Positions 1-8,427 of a stretch of DNA of 25,211 bases are shown piece after piece. The position numbers and the translations under genes are program-made. The first letter of the stretch is position 1, and each line of letters opens with the position of its first letter. This DNA is from a virus (lineage: Duplodnaviria; Caudoviricetes). The stretch covers positions 1 through 25,211 of the IMG/VR virus record IMGVR_UViG_3300035148_000116. One strand, 5' to 3'. The notes beneath the pieces are model-generated. The model had not been told where the DNA came from. It did not search any database and was given only the letters and a program-made list of their open reading frames with translations.

Positions 1-160
1 GGGTGGTTCTGAGGCCGGAGGAGATGGAGATGTGTAATTTCCTGTAGGGCAAAGAGACGACGACTGTGACTTCGTCGAGGTCAACCCACTATGGCTTCAC
101 ATACAGATACTCTTGTGCGTGGCGCTATGGTCACTGATCTATCTAGGGATCGCTGAAATC

Positions 161-364
161 CTATCCGCCCTTGGACTTTAAGCCCCCGAGAGGGGGCTTT
201 TTCTTATCAGGGGCGGCAACGTCAACCTGCTCATCAACTTCAATGTCTGCCTTCGCATCCACCGTGGTACGATCAACGTGCACCGTCGCAGTCGCGTTGC
301 CGCCGATAGATAAGGCGCAACTATTGAGGAGGGGCAACAGCAGGAGGGGGATTTTTCGCTTCAT
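161..364 (-). CDS. Small predicted lipoprotein (67 aa), last gene of the late operon
   Basis: Basic N-terminus MKRK, hydrophobic core IPLLLLPLL, lipobox-like LNS-C. Overlaps the upstream 51-aa ORF. Function unknown (o-spanin-like or exclusion lipoprotein is inference). Confidence 0.55.
   Translation of the reverse strand: MKRKIPLLLLPLLNSCALSIGGNATATVHVDRTTVDAKADIEVDEQVDVAAPDKKKPPLGGLKSKGG
180..202 (+). terminator. Intrinsic terminator for transcription entering from the left of the window
   Basis: AAGCCCCC-GAGA-GGGGGCTT hairpin (8-bp stem, GNRA loop) running into TTTTTCTT. Confidence 0.75.
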
Positions 365-476
365 TCACCTGCCTCGTTATTGTTCCGACTAGCTGAGCGA
401 CCTGCGCATACGGCTGCGACACGATGGCGCGCATCACGAGATCGAGTTCTTGGTCGGTGAGCTTGATGGTGTTCAT
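321..476 (-). CDS. Small hypothetical protein (51 aa, MNTIKLTDQELDLVMRAIVSQPYAQVAQLVGTITRQVNEAKNPPPAVAPPQ), not in the ORF track
   Basis: ATG at 476 with AAGGA SD upstream, TAG at 321-323. The L..PY..V..L...I..Q pattern resembles small proteins often found after phage tail-fibre genes. Confidence 0.7.
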   Translation of the reverse strand: MNTIKLTDQELDLVMRAIVSQPYAQVAQLVGTITRQVNEAKNPPPAVAPPQ

Positions 477-500
477 TCGATTTTCCTTTTAGTGGTGAAG

Positions 501-1334
501 CTACGAGATTCGCGTGACCTTCACGCGCACGACATTTAAATGGCCGTCGGCCTTGTTGCAGGTGAACATCGCACCGAGCCGGATGGCCCAGTAGTTCGAG
601 TTCGCCCAGTAGAGATACGGTGCCATCTGACCGTAGTAAGTCGACCCCGGAGGTGACACGTCGAACACGTTCATCGGGTCTTCAATGTACGGTGGATTGT
701 TGGAGCAGAGCGGAATGCCGCCAGTGTGAACCGTGGTCCAACCCGGTGCCCACTCTGTCGTTTCACTGACTGTGCGCTCCAGAGATGCGGAACCGGGGAG
801 GTTGTCGGTGTAGACCTCGAAGCGCAGCCGCGCCGTCGCTGGCAGCCGATACACTGTGAGCCGATTGAACCCGCCGAAGTCGTTCCACGCGTTCGCGTTC
901 GCCGTGGCAAGACCGGGGCAGAGGTTGAAGCGATCCGCGATGAGATTCTGGCCGTATCCCGTATCACTGAGCACACCGTTCAGGTTCTGGTACTGCCACG
1001 TCAGACGCCCGCTGAGTGCGGTGACTGTGTCCGTGACGAAGCGCTCCTGTCCGTTGTTGCCGATGACGAAGCCGCCGTTGACAGGCCATTGCGTGCCCAT
1101 CGTTCCCCGCTTGCAGAACCAGTCTGATATGTCGCGACCGTCCTGTGCAACGAAGCCGGTGTTGAAGCCGATGCTGTCGCCGTAGGAAAGCGGTGCGAAG
1201 TAACCCGCGAGATCGATGCCTGCATCGTCCCAGAAGCCGGTGATGCCCTGCCCCGGAACGTAGTAGTTCTCGAAGACATCGAACAGGTCTTGCCTGCTGC
1301 CGCCGTACTCTGTGAAGTATTGCCCGCGTGCCAT
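501..1334 (-). CDS. Putative tail-fibre tip/adhesin (receptor-binding) protein, 277 aa
   Basis: Directly downstream of the tail fibre, GAGG SD. N-terminal ~75 aa made of three G.D[LI]...F pseudo-repeats, followed by an aromatic/Gly/Asn-rich beta-type domain. Confidence 0.6.
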   Translation of the reverse strand: MARGQYFTEYGGSRQDLFDVFENYYVPGQGITGFWDDAGIDLAGYFAPLSYGDSIGFNTGFVAQDGRDISDWFCKRGTMGTQWPVNGGFVIGNNGQERFVTDTVTALSGRLTWQYQNLNGVLSDTGYGQNLIADRFNLCPGLATANANAWNDFGGFNRLTVYRLPATARLRFEVYTDNLPGSASLERTVSETTEWAPGWTTVHTGGIPLCSNNPPYIEDPMNVFDVSPPGSTYYGQMAPYLYWANSNYWAIRLGAMFTCNKADGHLNVVRVKVTRIS

Positions 1335-1343
1335 CGTGACCTC

Positions 1344-2777
1344 TTACGGGTTCGGTGTTGCCGTGAATTGTTTCGCGCGAAACACGCCAACTGCATCCAA
1401 CGAGCAACGCGCACCTACTGACGCGGGCCAGTTGAATGCCTCGATAACTGCCTTTTCAGCTTCAGTACGAAACCGTGCGAAGCCGACACCGTCTTGACTT
1501 GAACGGAAGCCAACGCCGGAGTTGTTACACGCGATAGTTCCGGTCGCTAAAATATCGTTATTGACGGTAAGCAGTCCTCCAAGAGTTACTGCACCGTTAC
1601 TTGCGAACAGCACTTCACCATACGGCGATGACCATATGCCGTTGACCTCGGTGCGAATGCGAGTAAAGGCTACGCCGCCACTCTCATAAGTGGTGATGTT
1701 CGTACCTATGCCTCCATCTGTTCCTTGTCGTATCCCACCGACGGCCTTGCTGTACCCCGTCACGCCAATGTCCGAAGCGAACAGCACGGAGTTGTCAGAC
1801 CTTACGAACCATGCGTGAGTGCCTGTTCCGAGGTTATACATTCCGATGCCGTCATCGCCGGGGTTGCCCGACGTAACGATCCACCACTTGTCGCTACCGT
1901 CTTCACCTTTGAAGCGCGGCCCCTGCACGTCTTTAAAGGTGAGGTTGCCGCCTGCATAAATCTCGGACAGGAACGTCGCTGCGCCGTTGTTCGGGGCGAA
2001 GTACATCGCCCATTGCGAGAGCGCGTAGTTGTAGACACCAAACAGATCGTCCGCCACGCCGCTGACTCCGACGCCCCAGAGGTATGTGGTGTTCGCGAAG
2101 TTGCGGTACTTGACGGTCCCTGCTGTCGCCTTCGTAAATTGAATAACGTTCGTCAGCGAGAAGATGCCACCGTCATCGATGCCACCAAGAAACCCCGGTA
2201 CGCCGTTCCACGCCCAAGACTTTCCTGCGGGCAGGTAGACTGCAAGGGAGTCAACGAACGTATATATCGATGTCGCGTTCTTGAAGACCAGACCATTAGG
2301 CGCATCACTATCGAACGTGATGGGGCCGGTCATCGTGCCGCCAGACTTCTTAAGAAAGACTAAGTCGGCAGCGTCAAACGCGGCATCAACATAGTCCTTG
2401 CGAACTGCTGAAGCAGCATTCGGTGGAATGGCGGTGAGCAGTTGAAGGTCAATACCGTCCGGTACGCTTACAAGAGTAGGAGTGATTTCCACCACCGGCA
2501 CCGAACCCGCGACCAGCCACCAGTCGTCAACCCCTTCACGGTAGAGGCCGTTGTTGGGGTCGGTGGTAAAGCGAAGTCCAGGTGCGGAGGGCGAACCGTC
2601 CACCACTCCAAACGGCCCGGTCATACCTCCGCGCCCAGACCTGTCCAGGGAGTTGGTAATTTCGTTGCCGATGTCCGACAACGTCGGGTTCGCCCAGCCA
2701 TCCGACTCAATGATGGTGTTCGGAATTACCGGGTTTCCGAGAGGTAGCGTGTAGACGCCGGCACTATTACGGGGCAT
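1344..2777 (-). CDS. Tail fibre protein (477 aa, start MPRNSAG)
   Basis: N-terminal anchor-like MPRN..GVYTLP.GNPV...T.I.S.WAN.TLSDI, AVRKDYVD and GGTMTG fibre motifs, Gly-rich beta repeats. GGAGG SD spaced correctly for ATG 2777 rather than 2783. Confidence 0.85.
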   Translation of the reverse strand: MPRNSAGVYTLPLGNPVIPNTIIESDGWANPTLSDIGNEITNSLDRSGRGGMTGPFGVVDGSPSAPGLRFTTDPNNGLYREGVDDWWLVAGSVPVVEITPTLVSVPDGIDLQLLTAIPPNAASAVRKDYVDAAFDAADLVFLKKSGGTMTGPITFDSDAPNGLVFKNATSIYTFVDSLAVYLPAGKSWAWNGVPGFLGGIDDGGIFSLTNVIQFTKATAGTVKYRNFANTTYLWGVGVSGVADDLFGVYNYALSQWAMYFAPNNGAATFLSEIYAGGNLTFKDVQGPRFKGEDGSDKWWIVTSGNPGDDGIGMYNLGTGTHAWFVRSDNSVLFASDIGVTGYSKAVGGIRQGTDGGIGTNITTYESGGVAFTRIRTEVNGIWSSPYGEVLFASNGAVTLGGLLTVNNDILATGTIACNNSGVGFRSSQDGVGFARFRTEAEKAVIEAFNWPASVGARCSLDAVGVFRAKQFTATPNP

Positions 2778-5220
2778 TCTCATCCTCCAATTGACTACGA
2801 ATGGCCTGCCCGAGGGCCTGACCAGCCGCCTGAGTACCGAACTGATAGGCGCGACGCGCCGGTGTTCTAATCAACTTCCCTGCCGCATCCTTGGCCCCAA
2901 ACGAGCCTTTGGACATGAGCATTCTACGACCAGCCTGCGTGTTCAGCGCCGCCCCAGCTCCGGCCAGAGCAAGCGGGGCTCCAACAAGACCAGCGAGCCT
3001 CTGATCCTCTGCCAGGATAGCGCCCAGACCTAAGCCCGCCGCACTCAGACCTCCAAGCTGGCGAGCCATACGAGCGGTGGACGCCCCTTGATTCTTGCCT
3101 GGGATTTGCTCTAGATCGATGCGCTTGATTAGCTCACGAAGTGTATCAAGTTCCTTGAGCTCATCAGGCGTGAACACCTGACGCCCCGCCTTACCGAAGT
3201 CCAGCCTGCGGGCCGCTTTCGCAGGATCGCTAGCGAAGTCAGACAACGCCCGCTCAACGAGCAACTGCTTCGCGGCCTGCTGTCCTTCCGGGTCCAGAGC
3301 CTTGATAAGATTAGCGGCCTTCGCACCGTGTTCAGGCAGCAGACTTGACGATACCACCCGGTCAGGGTCAAAGTCTGGGCGCATCATCTTGCGGACGTTG
3401 CCCGGTTGCTTGAACACTTCGAAGTAATCAGTCTTGTATTGATCGCGGGCCTTATCCCACAGACCCTTGACCAGCTGGTTCTTTTCGCCCCACTTATCAA
3501 GGTCGCCCTCCAGTCCCTTAAACAGGGTCTTGAGCGCGCCTACCTCTTTCTCGGTAGCTCCTCCGGTATACGACGCTTTTTCAGCAGCCTTAATCGCCGA
3601 ACCAATGTCTTCACGCAGAGCGCGGGCCTCGTCAAATGACAGGGTGACTTGGCGCATGACGGGCTTGCCCTGAGCATCAAGGATAGTCCCGGCTTGAGGC
3701 TTCGTTCCCTCGATGATTTGCCCCACCCGTCCCCGCAGTTTGGACAGTCCGAACTTATCAAACACATCCTGCAGTTCAGAGCTGACATTTTGTGCCGCGC
3801 TCCGTAGGTTGTCAACCCCGACCGTAGTCGTACCGGTCTTCTTGGCTGCCTCGGCCACCTTGTCAAACGAGGCGCTGACGCTTTCCTTGGCCTTCGCCGC
3901 CGCCTGCGCGACTGAATCAAGAACCACGCGCTCAGCCCCTTCTTGCTGAATGCGCGGGGTTGAGAACTTCTGGGTTGTACGAGCCACGAGGTTGCCAAGC
4001 TCCCCAGCCTGCTCTTTCTCAGCCTGCTGAAGAATGCCGCCAGCAACGGGAGTGTACCGCTGCGCCTTCTCAACCAGCCCGGCGATCTTGCTGCCTTGCT
4101 GAGCTGGCCTAAGACCTACTCCCGCAGCGGCAGCGGCCTGAGCCAACTGCTGCTCTTGGGGATTGGCCCAGACGTTGCGAACGGCGTTGGTGACCTTGGC
4201 GGGCGCCCACTCAAGCGCCTTCTCAATCGGCCTAGCGACCGCACCACCGAGTGCTCCAGCGCCAGCGCCGATGGCCGCATTCTGAAGCCTGCTTTCGCCA
4301 GTACCGACGCCTTCAATCCCAGCCTGTACGCCGGATCCAAGTGCCCCGAGACCGATACGGCCCGCCGTCGTAGCCGCGCCAGCGGGAGCGACCATAGACG
4401 TAGCGACGTCAGTAAGAAGAGCGCCAGCCTTGCCAGCGCCGGTCTTCATCAGCGGGGCGTCCAGCCTACGCTTCTCGTCCATGTCAGCAGCCGTCGCGTT
4501 ACCGGTCAGCTGCTTGATGCCCTGCCAGTAGTCCATGAAGCGCCCACCGGCTCCAGCCATGACCTTACCGGCGGTGCTCATGCCTGCCGTCGGGTCTACC
4601 TTGTCACGTATGAAGTTCGTGTAGGCGTCGCCACCGGCAGACTGTAGAACCTGCTGGGGAGTGGCACCGGCCTTCAGCGCTCCCTGAACCTTCGGCCCCC
4701 AAGTCGGGTGTTTGGCGAGGCTGGCGACAATGTCCTCTTCCTTGATACCTTCGGATAGGGCACCGACGATGCCCATACGAAGCTTCCTCTTTTCTGATTC
4801 CATAGATTGCCCCCCGGCTGCACTACCCCCTTGCGCCTGTTGCGTTTGAGCACCCTGTGGAATCACAACTGACACATACTTCTTAGTTTCCGGAAACGTC
4901 GGCTCTTTACCCTCAGCTACGAGCCTACCCTGCGAAGTTCCACCGTTATAGTGGGCGACCGCCGCAGCCGTGTTCCCCTTATACTGCTTGATCAGGTCGG
5001 CCATGTACCGCGCACCGGCATCAATGTTCTGTGTCGGATCAAACGGGTCGGTAACTCCATAGGCTTTCGCCGTGGCAGGCATCAGTTGCAGAGAACCCTG
5101 CGCTCCCTTCGGGGATACCGCTTTCGGGTTCCCGCCGCTCTCTTGCCTGAGCATCCGAGCCAAGACATCAGCCGGGACGCCGTACCGCTCTGCTGCTTCC
5201 CGAACAAGGATGTCTGACAT
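2767..5220 (-). CDS. DNA ejection / internal virion protein with N-terminal SLT lytic transglycosylase domain (817 aa)
   Basis: QESGGNPKAVSPKGAQGSLQLMP (catalytic Glu and G..Q motif), N..AGARY, AVAHYNGG and ETKKYV motifs of SLT/GH23. Remainder Ala/Gly-rich helical. Synteny with podovirus ejection proteins. Confidence 0.88.
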   Translation of the reverse strand: MSDILVREAAERYGVPADVLARMLRQESGGNPKAVSPKGAQGSLQLMPATAKAYGVTDPFDPTQNIDAGARYMADLIKQYKGNTAAAVAHYNGGTSQGRLVAEGKEPTFPETKKYVSVVIPQGAQTQQAQGGSAAGGQSMESEKRKLRMGIVGALSEGIKEEDIVASLAKHPTWGPKVQGALKAGATPQQVLQSAGGDAYTNFIRDKVDPTAGMSTAGKVMAGAGGRFMDYWQGIKQLTGNATAADMDEKRRLDAPLMKTGAGKAGALLTDVATSMVAPAGAATTAGRIGLGALGSGVQAGIEGVGTGESRLQNAAIGAGAGALGGAVARPIEKALEWAPAKVTNAVRNVWANPQEQQLAQAAAAAGVGLRPAQQGSKIAGLVEKAQRYTPVAGGILQQAEKEQAGELGNLVARTTQKFSTPRIQQEGAERVVLDSVAQAAAKAKESVSASFDKVAEAAKKTGTTTVGVDNLRSAAQNVSSELQDVFDKFGLSKLRGRVGQIIEGTKPQAGTILDAQGKPVMRQVTLSFDEARALREDIGSAIKAAEKASYTGGATEKEVGALKTLFKGLEGDLDKWGEKNQLVKGLWDKARDQYKTDYFEVFKQPGNVRKMMRPDFDPDRVVSSSLLPEHGAKAANLIKALDPEGQQAAKQLLVERALSDFASDPAKAARRLDFGKAGRQVFTPDELKELDTLRELIKRIDLEQIPGKNQGASTARMARQLGGLSAAGLGLGAILAEDQRLAGLVGAPLALAGAGAALNTQAGRRMLMSKGSFGAKDAAGKLIRTPARRAYQFGTQAAGQALGQAIRSQLEDENAP

Positions 5221-6798
5221 TTAGCCTCCAAAGAACTTGTCGGCAGGGTTGCCTTCCTGCTCTGGGGCAGCAGTCGGGACCGCACCTCCACCCGCGCCAC
5301 CTCCAAGAATCTTAGGCCGTGGAACGCTGAACTTCATACCCGGATTGCGCTTGGAGTACTCACCAATGACCTCGGGATGGTACGCGCCCTTGAAGTTGTC
5401 CAAGCGACCCTGCACCTCATTCAGCACCCGATTCCAGCCGGTAACGAAGTCAGTATCATTCATGAACACGCCCTGCTGGAGCTGGTCCAGGAAGCGCCGG
5501 TTCTCTTGATCAGTGACCGCCAAGCCTGACTGCGCCTGCAAGAGCTTATTGGACACAGACTTGGCCGCACTCCGCAGATCCTTGCCTTCTTGACTGAGCG
5601 CCCACTTCGGCAGCATACCAGCGACTGTACCAAACCCCGGCACGTCTCCCTGGATACCACCACGCACTCCCTTCTTGAGCTCCAGCTTATCAAGCAGCGA
5701 GTTCACCTCGTTGATGCCCGCAAGAGTCGTGGGCACCATCTTAACCTCAAGCTCCTTGCCCAGCTTCTCAGTGTCGTTGGACAGAGCCTCTTGGCCCTTG
5801 ATCGACGTTGGTGACCTCGGGCTCACCTGCCCTGGGAGCGGCCTAGCGGGGCTGTAGGGAGTCGCAGGGGCAGGGGTGGCACCACCCCCTACCGGGGCGG
5901 TTTGAGGGGCGCTAGAGGGCTGTAGAGGGGCCGTAGGGGCTCCCGCAGCGGGCGGGGCGTTTACCCCCGGCGGAGCAATCCCAGGAGTGGCAGACGGCGG
6001 CGCTCCACCGTTCCCCCACGTCCGTTTGTCCACCAGAACCTGCTCACCGCGCTCATTGGTCGCCAGTACCAGAGCACCGTAGGCAATCCCCTGAGCAATC
6101 TCAGGCGGGATACCCATGTTGATGAGCTCTTTCATCTTCTGGTTGGCATCCGTCGGGCTTTCGCGCTTCTGCCCACCGAACGGGATGGCAGGGCCAGACG
6201 GTCCAGCGTTCTGGTCAATCCAGACCTTCTCTTGCTTACCCGTCTCGGGGTTGAACCGCTCAGAAATTTCCCACTTCGGCATACGGTTCTGCTGGGCCAG
6301 AATGCCCGTCATGCCCTGCTTGCTGATGTCAGCGGCAGGCCCACCGAGGCTCATGCCCTTCATGTAGTGACCCAGCAACTCGGCCTTGGAAAGAGGCCGC
6401 TGCGTCTGGGACTGAAGTCCCTGTGACGCTTGCGCCACATCAGCTTCATCGAAGCCTGGAGCCACGAACGGCTTGGTCTCGGTCTTACCCTCCACCAACG
6501 GCTTCATCCAATCCTGAATTGCGGTTTGCTGACGGTTCCGCATTTCAGAGATCTTACCAGACGTTTCCTTGCCCAGCATCATACCGCCGATGCCAGAGAA
6601 AGCGTTCTGAATACCCGTCGCAGCGCTCGGGCGAATGAACCGGCCCCCTACGATACGGCCCTGATCAGTGTCTTGCGAAAAGAGGCCCTTGTTCGTAAGA
6701 GCGTCTGCGAGCGCCCGCTGGCGGGCAAGGTCTTCAGCCTCTTGCTCAAAGTCCGCGTACTGCGGAAGAGGCTGCTGAGGGCTAAAGAAGTTACGCAT
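5221..6798 (-). CDS. Putative DNA ejection / internal virion protein (525 aa) with central Pro/Ala-rich linker
   Basis: Position between the pilot protein and the SLT protein, Gly/Ala/Gln-rich helical composition, stop-start coupling with neighbours. Confidence 0.65.
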   Translation of the reverse strand: MRNFFSPQQPLPQYADFEQEAEDLARQRALADALTNKGLFSQDTDQGRIVGGRFIRPSAATGIQNAFSGIGGMMLGKETSGKISEMRNRQQTAIQDWMKPLVEGKTETKPFVAPGFDEADVAQASQGLQSQTQRPLSKAELLGHYMKGMSLGGPAADISKQGMTGILAQQNRMPKWEISERFNPETGKQEKVWIDQNAGPSGPAIPFGGQKRESPTDANQKMKELINMGIPPEIAQGIAYGALVLATNERGEQVLVDKRTWGNGGAPPSATPGIAPPGVNAPPAAGAPTAPLQPSSAPQTAPVGGGATPAPATPYSPARPLPGQVSPRSPTSIKGQEALSNDTEKLGKELEVKMVPTTLAGINEVNSLLDKLELKKGVRGGIQGDVPGFGTVAGMLPKWALSQEGKDLRSAAKSVSNKLLQAQSGLAVTDQENRRFLDQLQQGVFMNDTDFVTGWNRVLNEVQGRLDNFKGAYHPEVIGEYSKRNPGMKFSVPRPKILGGGAGGGAVPTAAPEQEGNPADKFFGG

Positions 6799-8024
6799 TA
6801 GAACAGTCCTTTACCGACGCTACCGCCAATGCTGGAACCGATGGATGCCCCAAGAGGCCCGCCGAAGAACGCACCTCCCACTCCGCCAATTAGCGAACCG
6901 ATGCCGCCACCCGTAGCAGAGCTCTGAGCCTGATTCGCGTTGTACGCGTCCATATTCGCGCCGTACTGGTCTTTCGTGGCGCCGTAGTAATTCACGCCTT
7001 GCTGACCGCTGGCGGGCATGAAGCTCGGCATGGTTGGCATCCCAACCTGTTGGCCGGTCAACAGCGCGTTCATTTCGTTGAGGCTCATGCCACGCTTCAT
7101 GGCCTCTTCGGCGATGGCCTGCTGACGCAACTGGTTCGCGTACTGCGCTCCCTGCATATTCTGGTTAAAGTTCTGGCCGCTGGCGGCGAGCTGCTGACGG
7201 AACTGCTGCTCCTGCGCCGTGTTGCCGAACTGTCCGCTCTGGAGCATCTGCTGAAATAGCTGCTGCTGAGCTTGGTTGCCGAACTGCCCGCTCGTAACGT
7301 CCATGCCCTGAAGCCGTTGCGCTTCCTGACCGCCGCCAATGATTGACCCCATCTGGGCCTGATTGTAGGCGTCGGTGCGGCTTCGGTTGAAGTTCTCCAT
7401 CTCGCGCTGGAAGGCAGAACTTCCACGCGTGATGCCCCGGTTGGCGAGCTGCGTTTCGAGCTGTTGCTGTCTCTGCTGCCACTGAGGATCAAGTCTAGAA
7501 GCCTGCTTCTGATACAAAGCTTCTTCCGCATTGGAGACGTAGTCCTTAGACCCGCCGACCTTGCGGTTGATGTCGCCAGCGTTGCCGATCTGGCTTTGGA
7601 TGCCCTGACCGGCACCTGGGACGCCGGTCTGTATGCCCTGACCGCCCTGCACCTCTTGGCCCGGCTTCAGCTGTCCATACCCCGGCATCTTGGACCAATC
7701 GAACGGCCGACCGTACTCGTCTTTGACACGGCCCATAAAGGACTCGGCCAAGTTGGAGCGCTGGTTCTGCAGAGCCTGCTGCTTGTCCAGCGCGGCCTGC
7801 GTTTCGGGTGTAAGAGTCGTATTCTGAACCCACCGTGTCGTTGGAAGGCCAGTCGCCGGGTCAATGTCCTGCTTCGCAGTCCACGCCTGTGAACCCCACG
7901 GCGTGTTGATGTCAGGACGGTTCGCCCACGTATTCCGGGTCGCGGCCTCGTTAGACGACTGAGCTGTTTTCTCAGCTGCGGCCGTGTAATCAGGTGCGGG
8001 CGGTGGTGATGACTTCTTTCCCAT
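6798..8024 (-). CDS. Putative DNA ejection / pilot protein (408 aa)
   Basis: MGKKSSPPPAPDY N-terminus, Gln-rich repeats, C-terminal glycine-zipper GGIGSLIGGVGGAFFGGPLGASIGSSIGG. GGAGG SD. Synteny after the GNAT gene. Confidence 0.7.
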   Translation of the reverse strand: MGKKSSPPPAPDYTAAAEKTAQSSNEAATRNTWANRPDINTPWGSQAWTAKQDIDPATGLPTTRWVQNTTLTPETQAALDKQQALQNQRSNLAESFMGRVKDEYGRPFDWSKMPGYGQLKPGQEVQGGQGIQTGVPGAGQGIQSQIGNAGDINRKVGGSKDYVSNAEEALYQKQASRLDPQWQQRQQQLETQLANRGITRGSSAFQREMENFNRSRTDAYNQAQMGSIIGGGQEAQRLQGMDVTSGQFGNQAQQQLFQQMLQSGQFGNTAQEQQFRQQLAASGQNFNQNMQGAQYANQLRQQAIAEEAMKRGMSLNEMNALLTGQQVGMPTMPSFMPASGQQGVNYYGATKDQYGANMDAYNANQAQSSATGGGIGSLIGGVGGAFFGGPLGASIGSSIGGSVGKGLF

Positions 8025-8427
8025 ATCGGGCCTCCAGCCAGCGGCAGTCTTCTGGCCGCATGGTCATCAGTAAAAGCGAACCATCAGGGTGCGCGTCTTT
8101 AATTTCATCAATCAACTTGAATCCAAGCCGTTGATTGAACCGGAAAGCGGCTTCGTTGCCACTCGGCACGAGGCCTATAACGATCTTGCACCCGAGCTTT
8201 CTGAACGGGTAATCAAACGCCGCGAACAGCATCGACTTAGTGACCCATCCAGGATCACCCGCAACGTGCATCATAACGCTTGCACCGTTGAATCCGTCGT
8301 AGCCAATGACGCCCGCAATTTGTCCATCGATCACCTGACCAATGCACTTGATGGACTGGGAAGGGATGTACCCAATCCTCTTGCACAGCCATGAAGCCAG
8401 GATATCCTGATTGGCGGTGTGGATCAC
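7990..8427 (-). CDS. GNAT-fold (N-acetyltransferase-like) phage protein, 145 aa
   Basis: FDYPF..LGC..VIGLVPSGNEAAFRFNQRLGFK matches the GNAT/RimJ N..A..F...LGF motif. Position between nozzle and ejection genes is analogous to P22 gp14 / T7 gp13. Confidence 0.8.
   Translation of the reverse strand: MIHTANQDILASWLCKRIGYIPSQSIKCIGQVIDGQIAGVIGYDGFNGASVMMHVAGDPGWVTKSMLFAAFDYPFRKLGCKIVIGLVPSGNEAAFRFNQRLGFKLIDEIKDAHPDGSLLLMTMRPEDCRWLEARYGKEVITTART

Noticed and set aside
501-2777. Diversity-generating retroelement target in the fibre or adhesin
   Set aside because: No reverse transcriptase and no template/variable repeat pair noticed in this window, and the C-terminus lacks a recognisable C-type-lectin VR motif.
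5800-6010. G-run-rich tract suggesting a G-quadruplex or repeat element
   Set aside because: Explained by the Pro/Ala-rich linker codons (CCN/GCN) of the minus-strand ejection protein.
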